A DNA stretch of 64,000 bases from Euglena gracilis (lineage: Eukaryota), in assembly GCA_039621445.1 (NCBI GenBank), contig CP154954.1, forward strand, positions 31,024,012 to 31,088,011, in the 5' to 3' direction. The notes under the pieces were generated by a model that saw nothing but the letters and a program-made list of their open reading frames with translations, searched no databases and had not been told where the DNA came from. Below, piece after piece: positions 49,801 through 61,536 of the stretch (the first letter of the stretch is position 1; each line of letters starts with the position of its first letter). A program made the translations under genes and the position numbers.

Positions 49801-52800
49801 AGTAAAGGCAAAGGTGGTGGACACGGTGACGAATTCCAAAAACAGTTCCCTTCTCGAAAGGGAAGAAAAGGTTTGTCAAATTCCCACAATTTTTCCAACA
49901 CCCTCCCAAGGGGACGGCGGGCGGGGGGGCAATACCAGCCACCACAGATTTCAAGTGGAGGTGCAGACCAACGTCAAGCTCCTCCCCAGGGAGAAAAGAT
50001 CATGACTATGGAGGCCAGAAGTCGAAATATTTTTTTTACACGGCCATGGAGGCCATGAAATTGCAGGGCCATGGCGGCCATGGTTCCCCAGAAGCAAAGG
50101 TGCCAACCTTATATCAAAAATCTCCAGCAGCCACAGGAGGCTGCCCAACAGGGGGCAAAGGGGGACAAGGGGGTAAACCCCCCAGATTAAATCTTTATTC
50201 CTATGGGAGCGGAAACAACGAGGGGGACCCATGGTACGTCTTAACGCAACACAAAGGACAGCATGGACTTAGTCCACTAAACCCAGGAATCGAGAGCGTT
50301 GCACTACACGCATTACGGGCTTGGCCGTTAAAAAAAATGAAAACGTCAGCTAGTTAGTCTGTGTTAGCTTCAGGGGGGGCAGGGACCCCATTTCCTACAA
50401 AAAGACCCAGAAAAAATAGTGAAAGCAATATAATGCGTTAGGCTGAGATTATCCCCAGGAAAGCGTCAATGGTTTTTTTTACGAATTTGTTTCCCCTCCC
50501 ATAATTTCCTGGTCAAATCATGTTCGGAGGGGCCACCTGGGAGGTGGAAATTCCTCCCCCCCCCTCTGCAGTTGGTCAATTTCTTCAAGCAGGAGGTTTG
50601 GCACTTTCATCTTTATCATTTGGTGTCACCACGTGGCTGAATCCGAAAAGGGTATGACCATCAACACTTTGGTCTGGGGAAACTTCTTCAATCGTGGTAG
50701 TGTTTTCTTAATGATCGACCAAGGGTGGTTTGAATAAAGTCCCCCCATGTTATCCATAGCACTGCAGGGCATCCACCGCTGTGGCCTCCCAGTGGGTCCA
50801 TCTGGCAACCAAACAGGGTAGTTTTTTGATGTCTGTGGAGGCAAATAAATCTGGTTTTAAATTTATGAAATCTTTGAAGTGCCGCCATAGCCAATGAAAG
50901 AGCTGCCATCCGGTGAGGCCTTGTCTGACCTTGTCTGACTCCCACCAGCTTATGGGCTGTGCTAAGCATTCCTGTGAAGGAACCCGTTTCACTAGCGGAT
51001 TCAAATTTTTACTGTGCACCATTCGAAAAATTGTATTAGAATGACTTTGAAAGGGTATTTTCTGCCCCTTCTCTTTTTCAGTAGAAATAAATTACACCTG
51101 ATTGTCCATTGAAAGGAAAACTGTTTCCACTGGCCTTCTTGTGTACTGATGGCTGCATGCAATTCTTTTACATTGATATGTAAAATTGAGGTATCTCTCC
51201 AGAACTCCTGGACAATTTCTCCAGTTCGAATGTCCAACCGCCGTCCTCAGTCGTTGGTGCGGCTGTCAACGTGTAACTCGCTTGTTTAATTGTGGTGGTA
51301 AATGTGTGAATGTGATCAAATTTGAAGGTTATCACAGGAAAATTGTGGTTTATTTCCCTGCAGTCGCCTTTGAACCTCCACTTCGTTTGCTCCCATTCTG
51401 ATTTTGATATCAGGAATCAGCGAATTACATGTTTGGTTCGTGAATCCTGAATTATCTTTATGGAACCAGTTTTTTCGTAGTCCTATATTATTTTTTTCCG
51501 CCTGGTTCAGGTTCAGGTTGGCTTTGGTATTTGGATGCCTGTATAATTTTGGAGTTTTGACCCAACGGGGTGGATTTATACCTTTTATAAGTTGGCAGGT
51601 TGCTGGTGGGGCATTTCTCAGCAACAATTATAGGTTTTTTTGAAGTCTCTGTTGCAGGTGGGTGTACACCCAATTTTCCTCCATGGAATTTCTATCCCTG
51701 ATCATTTCATGTTCTGGGAAATAGATTAAAGTTGTAGGACATTTTACAGCCCTTTGTTCCGCTGGGATTTGTTCTTTCCCAAAGTTTACTTTATTGGGGG
51801 GGATTCCACGCCGTGTTAGCAGCTTACAAAACACTTTGAATCCAAAGTTTGGAGATACGTGGTGAACTTTGGAATCCTCTCCAAACCCTCTTGGGGCTTG
51901 CCCAAGCCCCTTTCCCCAATGGTATATGCACATTACTTTGACAGTTAATTTTTTGATCTGGATAGAATCAACCGTACAACCAGTGTGTTGGGAAAGGCAC
52001 CCTACATCAAAATTAAAGTAAGGGCCAAAAACTCTACAAGCGGGAGGGAGATTGTGTCTAGTAGCCAAATGTCCACAAATCGACCTGTTTCATTTGAAGA
52101 TGTCCTGTGGGGCTTTGACTCGCACATTCGTTTTACCGGGAGGTCCCGTGCTCCACCCACCAAAACCTGCTTATGATCCCATAAGTGCTGACACAATTGC
52201 TTCAAAAAAAATAGGCCAGAATTGGGTACCCCCCGGATTGGGGTGCCGATTCCACAAGAGGGGCAGGAGTTGGTTTACTCACAAGATTGCACCTTTCTGC
52301 CCAAGAAGTTTGTTAAATTGGCCTGTGGAGGGTGTTTTCAACGATTTGGTGCCCAAAGCGTTTTAGAAAGTGCCCTGGCAGCCCAAATTTTAGTGCACAA
52401 TCAGGCCTCAAAAGGGCAAAGTGCGGAACCAGAGGTGTCTCATACTCCCTCGAGGAAAAACGACAAGGGACACCGGGGGCGAAGCACAAAAGGCCCTGTG
52501 AGCCCAAGCTCCCCACCCCTAAATGAAAATTTGTCTTCAAAAGCCTCGCGATGCAGGATAAGGGAGCCATAAGGGAGTGGGGCGGACCCCCCCAGGGGCA
52601 AGAAGCCATGTCACCATGTCGGAGCAGAAGCGTCACCCAACTCCGGCGAGACGGCAGTGCAGTGTGATTGTTCGCTGGAACGGGTTAGGTGTACCCTTTT
52701 GGTGACTTTTCGCCGGGGGTTAGCTAAAACTTAAATAGCCCTTCGACAACCCAGAAGAAAGGAACCGTGTTTCAAACAATGGAGAACCAAAGAAGAAGTC

Positions 52801-54169
52801 AATTTTAAAGGAATATTCAGAAGTACACGGACCAGAAACATCTCAATTTACACGTCAATAATTACTTTCAATTTCGACTGCGTTGAACAATGAAGATCTA
52901 TAAGAAGCTGCAATTATGCAGTCGACGTGAACTACCTGGAGCAGCTGTCGCCGCGGCAGCCGGAGGACCTGGAGGTGCAGACGACATGTGACGGACCGTG
53001 GCCGCCCCTAACCCCAGATCCAAGTTTCAGAGATTCCCCACCAGAAAAACCCAGCCAGTGACGGCCAAGGCCTGTTGACCACAGTGGTCAGAAAGATCAG
53101 AAAGTCCAGAAGGAAGAATGAACCTCCAGCCAACCAGAAACGCCTGGGAATTTGTGCCCAATGAAGGAAGACTGGAGAAAAGCATACCACACGATTCTAA
53201 AGACATTTCCACAATGGCGCCAAAACGCCGGAACAGACATCGAACAGAAGAGGAGAAGATGGAATCATGGCCAAGGTGGAGGCCATGGTGGCCAATCCCA
53301 AACGAATTTCCCTTTTAGAAAGGGGACGAAAAGGTGCGCCAAAAAACTCAAAACCATCTAACACAACTACCACTCCCAAGGGGAGGGGAAGAGGCGGGGG
53401 CACAGCAGCCCCGCCAGATTTCATTCAAGTATATCCGAAGACCAACGTCGATACCAGCCCCAGGGAGGAGAGATCAAGGGCCAATGCGGTCAGAATCCAA
53501 AAAAATTTCTTTTGAACGGCCATGAATGTCAAAAAGCGCAAGGCCGTGGAGGCCATCATCTTCAGGACCAAATGGCTAGAACTCAGGGCCATGGGGGCCA
53601 AAGTGGTGGTTCAGAATTGGCGCCCCAGAAGCCAATGAGCCACCCCTATTATATGAGACAAATCTGGCAGTCGCAGAGAGATGCCCCAGAGAGGGCACTG
53701 GAGGACAAGGGGGTCAGCCACCCAGATCAATTATTTATTCCCAAGGAAGGAAAAATCAAGAGGGGCACACTGAAGGGCCCCTCTATAGTACGTTAGCGGA
53801 CAAGCCACATAAAAAGATGGAGGACCAGAGGGTCTGTGAGAGAGAAGGTGAATCCCATCCCATCGATTACATTCAAAAAAACCATCAAAACCCCAGGTAA
53901 AACGAGGGTTGTGGAATGTCCCAAAACCCGAAACCCATTTCCCAGAAAATATGTTGATCAGGGATCTCAATTACACGGAGGAAAAGGGGGGGGACACCCA
54001 TTGGACCAGAGACTGCAAAAGTCTAAAATGGTGTCTGAAAGTTGCCGCCGGAGCAACCTCCAACTCATAAATGATGGCATTCACCCCCTTTGGGTGAAAC
54101 CTCCAAAATTGTACAGACATCCGAAAACCAAAGGCAACCTGAACCTGAACCAGGCAGGAAAAAATAACA

Positions 54170-55350
54170 TTGGACTACGATAAAACCGGGTACGTAAAGA
54201 TAGTTCAGGCTTCAGTAACCAAACATGTAATTCCCTGGTTCCTGGTATTAAAACCAGAAGGGGAGCAAACGAAGTGGCTGTTCACAAGCAACTGTGGGGA
54301 AAAAAACCACAATTTTACTGTGAAAGCGTTCAAATTTGATCACGTTCAAAACATTTTTGAATGTTTTGAAGAACGGCCACTGGGAGGTAAAATACACTTA
54401 AAAGACGCATATTATCACATTCCAGGTAACCCGGTCCTAAAGCCCTTTCTAAGGCATCAAGTGGGCGGGCAAATGCGATGCCAAAATTTTTTACGTCACT
54501 CATGAAAATATTCAAAAAGCGTTGTATTACAAAAATGAATCCAGGTTTTTCTTTACCTGGACGACACTTTTGTGGTGGCCCCCTACCAAAAATGCATTGC
54601 CAAAACACTTGAACGGGGTTGTCAGAGACCTAATCGATTCGAGGTTCAAAATAAAAGTCAAAAAGTCAACCCTACAGCCCACACAAGTTGTAGAACATTT
54701 GGGCTTTCAGTTAAATTTGCAGGAGGGAAAATTTTACATTCCTCCCAAAAGGTGAAAACAATAAAAAAACCTGGGAAAATTGTGAAAAAAATATTTCGTT
54801 TCGAAAAGGCAGTGTGTAACCACTTTGGGCCCAATTAGATACAACCTCGTGCCCCTGCCCTTTCTAAGCGCTTTCACAGATTCCCTAACATTATTTATGG
54901 TCAAAAAGCCAGCAGCACCATGGGACTCGAAGCATTCCATTTTCCCAGGACATAAAAGCCCAATTCGGAAAGTAGTTTAAAATCTGTTGGACACCTGCGG
55001 GAGGAGGCCATTCACCAACAATGCAACAAGGTTGTTACCCTCAGACATCAGCACCCAAGCCTGGGGCAGGCTGTACATTCGTACTGGAGAAAGTGTCCAG
55101 AAGTTCTGGAGAGAAAGCTGCATTTTACATATCAATGTAAAAGAATTGCGTGCAGCCATCAGCACAGTGAAAAGTCTAAGCAGTCCGGTGAAGACGGTAT
55201 ACTTTTCAGTGGACAATCAGGGAAAATTTATTATTGACTGACATAATGTGGGGAGGCAGAAAAGACCCTGTCAGCAGCGTTCTGATTAATCTTATTTTGC
55301 AAATGCTGCATGGAACAAATTGAAGAAGTAAAATGAGTTCCTTCACAGGA
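54170..55350 (+). pseudogene. DIRS reverse transcriptase and RNaseH
   Basis: LKDAYYH, YLDD (54554-54565), SD.S..AWG, HINVKELRAA, SVDNQ. Confidence 0.92.
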
Positions 55351-55353
55351 ATA

Positions 55354-55996
55354 GGTGTATGAAAAAATGGGTTTCGAGGTGGTGACGGTGGATTCAGACC
55401 CCAGGTGGAAAGCAGATTACCAGGTGGACGTACTGGACTGGGACTTCAGAAAACACTTCAAACCTGGTGAATTCCACACGGTGGTGTGTGGAGTTCCCTG
55501 CACAGAATTCAGCATTGCCCTGACGACAAGACCCAGAAACCTAGAAAAGAGAGACAACCTTGCAAAGAAAGCCCTGGAAATTGTGGAATTTCTGCAGCCG
55601 CAGAAATGGTGGTTGGAAAACCCAAGGTACGGATACCTGGGAAAACGAGATTACACGAAACCGTACCCGTACATTGACGTGGATTACTGTCAATACACAG
55701 ACTGGGGTTACAAAACACCAACACGAATCTGGGGCAGCCCTGACATCCTACAGGTACCAGCAAAACGGTGTGACGGGAAAACCTGCAAGAACCTTGACCC
55801 GAACGGTGGTGGTCACCTGGTGAAACTCAGCAACAAACACAACATTCCAGCCTTCAAAAAATTAAGGATCCCAGAACAACTGATTCAGGACATGGCGGGG
55901 TTCCACGAACGGCTACGGCAAACCAGCCAAGCCCAGGACGCGCAGCAACAACCGCTGCAGCAGCCCAGCCCTGCCCAGACGGCACGACAATACATG
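55354..55996 (+). CDS. C5 cytosine DNA methyltransferase fragment lacking motif I, inserted with an 8-bp duplication
   Basis: VVTVDSD (II), VDVLDW (III), GVPC (IV, catalytic), WLENP (VI), YKTPTRIWG (VIII), RIPEQL (X). No internal stops. CAGGAATA at 55346-55353 and 55997-56004. Confidence 0.88.
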
Positions 55997-56451
55997 CAGG
56001 AATACTTAGCATCCCCATAAGCAGGTGGGACTCAGACAGGGGGGATTACTCACCGGACCCCCAGCTCTTTGGGTGGCTAAGGTGGCAGTTCAAAGGTTTC
56101 ATAAGTTTGGAAACAGATTTATTTGCCTCCCCAGGCAACAAAAAGTTGTCGAATTTTGTAGCCAGGTAACCCCACTGGGAGGCCACAGGAGTGGATGCCC
56201 TGCAATGTCCACTGGATAACGTGGGGTGGCTTTGTGCAAACCTCCCCTTGGTGACTCGTTCAGATGTTTCTCCCAAGATTGAAGAAGCCTTCCCAGATCA
56301 AATTTTGTATGGTCACCCCCTTTGGATTTCAGCCACGTTGTGTCCCCAATTAATAAAGATGAAAATACCAGGAACCACCTTCCTGAAAATCACTCCCTAC
56401 AAGGTCATTTTTTTTTACCAGTTGCAGGGGTGAACCAATGCCACCACCCAG

Positions 56452-57190
56452 GTGGCTCCTCTTTTGCATGATTTGCTCAGGACAATACGGGGGGAAAAAC
56501 AAATAACCAATAAAACTTTTGACTATTTCCTGGGGAGAAATCCGAGCTTGAGACTTTATCAAAGCGCGTTTGCACTCCTTTCGGTCATTTTGGAAAATCT
56601 GGGGGTATCCCCCCTCAAGCCACCACAGATAAGGTGGTTGACGCCTTAATACATTTATTTCATTTTTTCGAGGCCCAAGCTTGTAATGCATACGGTACTT
56701 TTGATATCTGTGTTTGGTGGATTGAGATTACATTCCATTTTGTCCCCATACAGAACACTTTGGAACCAAAACCTTGAAAAATATGGGGCAATCTACTTTC
56801 CCTTCCCAATCCTCCTGGGGCTGACCCAAGCCCCTTTTACAGCTGACATATGTACATTGCGTACACAACGCATTTTTGTCCTCACGAGTCCTCTGTTTAT
56901 ACAGATCTTCATACTTAGAGAGAGTAAAATGAACCACATGTGTGGGGCAAGGCTCTCTTCAAACACAAAGGAATTTTGGGCTAAACACGGGGTCTCCCCC
57001 GGGGACACTCCACCAGAGGGGCAAAAGTTGTTTTCCCTAAAAAAAAATGGCCATTCTGCCCTGAAAGTGTCATGAAATTGGCCAGTGGAGGGGGGTGGAG
57101 GATTTTACAGCCCGTTACCAATGAGTTGGATCCCAAAGCGTTTTAGAAAATTCCATGGATCCCCTAATTTCAGCACACAATCAGGCCTCA
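56452..57190 (+). pseudogene. DIRS tyrosine recombinase with an internal deletion
   Basis: LCLYRSS, HSTRGA (57005), LGQWRG..F..RY; same deletion as in 47153-47880. Confidence 0.85.
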
Positions 57191-60100
57191 CAAGGGCAAA
57201 GTGCGGAACCCGAGGTGCGCCGTACTCCCTCGAGTAAAAATGACAAAAGAAGAAGGGACACCGAGGGCAAAACACAAAGACCTTGTGAGTCCGCCCCCCC
57301 CAACCCGTATAAGAAAGTTTGTCTTCACGAGCAGCAGAAAATGGGGCCATGGTGGGCAGAGGAGGGGTCCACCCTCAGGGGCAAGAATCCACTTCGCCAC
57401 GTTGAAGCAGCATCGCCGGACAACTCCGGCGAGGCAGCGCTAAGCAGGGACACCTAACCCAGGGCACAAAAAAATCCAAAAAACACCGCCGTCGAACAGG
57501 GCTTGGCCTCACAAGGTCTTTGTGCCTCGCCCTCAGTGTCCTTTACTCCCTTGTCCTTTTTCCTCCAGGGATTAGGGGTCCACCAAAAAACAGCAGTAAA
57601 TCAAGGAACACCAGGCTCCTCACTTCCCCTACGTGACGTCAGGCTTTGTTTGCCGGCATATTGAAGTTGAACGTTTTTTGGGAAGGTTAAGCTTTTCCCC
57701 CTTTCCCTGAGTTGGATGCTCCTAATTGCCCTATGGCGGAAGAACTGCTGGTAAAATTCATCACAAGTGTTGATACACCGGAGCTGCAGAACATTTCCGA
57801 CGCTATTTTTCTATCGCGGGATCGCGGGAGACCGCGTGTACCCTTTTGAGGCCCCAAAGAAATTCGTTGCAAACTTCGTGGCGAAGGCGCCTGCGGCGTT
57901 TACAAACTGAACGATTTGACCTTACAACCTAGCTTCAGCGGTATTAAGGCAGAATGCAGAGCACCTTTGACATAAAACAAAGCCTTGGGCTTTTTTGGGG
58001 TTGATTCCAATATTTCGGATTCCGCACTCTTCGACGAGGGTGGGGACGAAGATGATGAAACAACTGTGTTTGAGCTTTAAAACGCTTTTGGGGTTGCTCG
58101 GTCGAAAGTGTGGGGGCCTTTTCTTCCCACAATCAGTTGGATGCCCAAGAAAACTTGGAGCACGCTTCTCCGCAAATATCATTTGTGGGTCCGACCTCCC
58201 CCGGGGGGGGGGGGGGGGTGCGCAGTTGTCTTCCTTTTGGGGGCAGTTCTGAGCCCGAGGTATCTCGCACTTTCCTGCGGCAGGCTGAGTGGTGAGGAAG
58301 AGACACCAAGGGCGTAGCAGAAACACAAGTGAGCCCTCCCATCCCTGCAAGGAAAAAAAATACTCGGCCACGTCCTGGAATAGGCCCAGCCAGGGCGAGG
58401 AGCGTGCAAACACCGACAAATAGCGGCATAAAGGGGCGAAGTCCAGCCTTCCCAAAAACAATCCCTCCAAAGAACCTGAAAACAGAGTATTACCACACTT
58501 GGTGTTTGTACCTCGCCCTCTGCATGTTCATCAGACTTTCATTTAGTGCGCCGCCGCGAAGTTTTCCACGCGGCACAAAAAACGCGGCGCGCAGACGAAT
58601 TTTTTGCCGCGGCACAGGCGCGGCGCACCTTGAGATCTCGGGCTCCGCACTTTGCCATTGTGAGGCCATGCCTTGCTTGCCGGCGGTGTTTTTTTGGTTG
58701 TGTTGTTGCGCTGGGTTAGAAATCCCTGCTTAGTGCCGTTTTTTTGCCAGAGTTGGCTGATTTTTAAAGTGCCCTTCGACACCCAGAAGAAAGGAACTAC
58801 ATCTCAAACGAGGAACAACCAACAGGAGAAGTCAACATAAAAAGAGTATATAGAAGGAATCAAACCTGACAAATTTCAGTTGATAATTCAATCATAAATT
58901 TCAAAGTTCGACTTCAGTGAACAACGAAGTGGATAAGAAGCTTGTATTATGCGGTCGACGTGAACTGCCTGGGGCAGCTGTCGCCGCGGCAGTTGCAGGA
59001 CCTGGAGGTGCGGACAACGTGTCGCAAACCGTGGCCTCCCAACCCCCACTGATGCCACCTTCAGAAATTTCCCAGCATGAAACCCCAGCCCTTGACGGCA
59101 ACGGCCTGTGGACCACAGTGGCTAGTAAGACCAGAAGGTAGAAGGAACCCCCATTATACTATGGGCAGAAACACCTGGGAAACGGGGTCCGATGAAACAA
59201 AATGGGACAGAAGAAGACTGCAGGTTTCCAAAGGCAAGTCCCACAATGGCGCCAAGCCGCCAAAACACAAATTTCACAGAAGTCGGGAAGATGGAATAAA
59301 GGCCAAAGTCGTGGAAATGGTGGCCAATTGCAAAAGCAATTCCCTTCAGGCAGGGGAGGAAAGGTCTGTCAAATTCCCAAACATTTTCCAACACAACAAC
59401 CCATCCCAAGGGGAAGAGGGGGGGAAAAACCACCCCAGATTTCAAGTCGAGCTGGAGACCAACGCCAAGCTCAGCCGCAGGGAGAGGATATCATGGCCAA
59501 GGAGGCCATAATTGGAATCATGTTCATTTACACGGCCATAGAGGCCAAGAAGTGCAGGGCCATTATCTGGGCCATTATCTTCAGGGCCAAAAAGGCCACA
59601 ATTTTCGCGGACGTGGCGGCCAAAAGGTTCGTCCAGAAATGGTCCCCAGAAGGCTGCCCAAGAGGGGGCAACGGAGAAGAGCGGTTAACCCCCAGATCAT
59701 TCATTTCTTCCCATGCGAGGAGATATCAAGGGGCGGAGTCACGGTTGCCGGCCTATTGTACGTCGTCAGACAACACAAAGGACAAGACGGAGTACCCGAG
59801 ATCCTGTAAGAGAGATATTGAGTGCGTGCACACCGGTCCGTCACATGTTTTCTGCACCTCCAGGTCCTCCGGCTGCCGCGGCGACAGCTGATGCAGGTTG
59901 ATCACGTTGACCACAAACATTGAAGTCGAATATGAAAATTGATCATTGAGTTGCCAATTGAAATTTGTCTGGGAATTCTACTTCTTAATACCCTTTTGAT
60001 TCTGTCTTCTCCTTTGGTTCAACTTCGTTTGAAACTCAGTTCGTTTCTTCTGGGTCGTCGAAGGGGTATTTACGAATCAGCCAACTCCGGCGAAAAAAAG

Positions 60101-61536
60101 GCACCAAACGGGGGCACCTATACCAGCGCAACGAACAATCAGACAAAACTGACGCCTCGCCGGAGTTCGCTGACGATGCTGCTCCGACGTATTGACGTGG
60201 CTTCTTGCCCATGTGGTGGTCCCTTTCGTTCCGATGGCATTTGAAGACAAATTTTCTTTTTAAGGTGAGGGGGTTCGGGCTCACAGGGTCTTTGACCTTC
60301 GCACTCGGTGTCACTTCCTCCCTTGTCGTTATTCCTCCAGGGATTACAAGACACCTCGGGCTCCGCACTTGGCCCTTGTGAGGCCTGATTGCGCACTGAA
60401 ATTAGGGGGGCCAGGGCACTTTGTAAAACGCTTTGGGCACCAAGTCACTGGTACTGGGCATTATAAAGCCTCCGCCACCTTCCACTGCCCAATTTCACAA
60501 CCTGCTTAGGAAGAAAGCCCACTTTTTTGAGTAAACCATCTTTCTGCCCCTCTTGTTGAATGCGCCCCTAATACCTGGGGTGGTACCCATTCTTGCCTAA
60601 TTTTTTTTGGTTATTGAAGCAATTGTGTCGGCACTTATGTGGTTTTAGTGAGATGAGTACGGGACCTCCCGGTAAAACAAATGGGCGAGTCAAAGCGACA
60701 TATGACATCATCAAATGAAACCGGCTAATTTGTAGACATGTGGGGAATTGCCACAAACTCCCTCCCGCTTGTAGAGGTTTTGACGTTTACGTTTAATTTT
60801 TGTGTAGGGTGCCTTTCGGAACAAATTGGTTGTACGCTGGACTCTTTACAGATCAGAAGGTTGATATAAACAGAGTGGAAAGGGGCTTGGGCCAGCCCCA
60901 AGAGAAATGGGAGGGTACCCCAAAGTTCACCATATTTCTCCAGGTTTGGTTCCAAAGTCTTTCGTAAGGTGCTAACGTGGGTTGGAACCTCAGTCCACCA
61001 AACCCAGGGATCGAAAGCATTGTACTATATGTGTTACGGGCTTGAGAATTATGAAATTGAAATTATTTCATCAAAGCGTCAGCCAGTTGGTGTCTGGTGG
61101 CTTCAGGGGTGGGGGAACCCTATTTTTTTCCAAAAAAAAAAGACCACAAAAACTGTAACAGCACTTATGTAACGCGTTAGGCTGGGATTTCTCCCTAGGA
61201 AATCGTCAGTGGTTTTATTCTGTGTTTGTTTCCCCTCCAATATTTCCCTGAGCAAACAATGTAAAGGAGGGGCCACCTGGGGGGTGGCCTTTCCTCCCCC
61301 GCTGCAGTTCGTACTTTGTTTGCAGGCAGGCTGTTCCTGGCACTTTCATGTTCATTAGTTGTCGCAACCACGTGCCTGAATCCCAAAAGAGGATGACCAT
61401 CAACCCTTTGGTATGGGGGAACGTCTTCGATTGTGGAAGAACTTTCTGAATGATCGTCCAAGGGTGGGTTGCATAAAGGTCCCCCATGCTATCCAGAGGG
61501 CCCTGAAGGACATCCACTGCTGTGGCCTCCTAGTGT

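Larger units (their letters stand above)
47130..61536. mobile_element. Array of head-to-tail and inverted DIRS-like elements of several subfamilies
   Basis: YR (YRSSDL, HSTRG, LGQW..F...Y) at 47153-47880, ~48400-48910, 51803-52400, 56452-57190, ~57600-58160 and 60400-61200(-). Gag at 49449, 52890 and 58917. RT 54170-54750, RNaseH 54987-55350, MT 56010-56430, 50560-50950(-) and 61270-61530(-). Confidence 0.9.

Noticed and set aside
55355-56020. DNMT as part of a bacterial restriction-modification system or contamination
   Set aside because: No partner genes, truncated before motif I, and embedded with a duplication inside a eukaryotic retroelement.
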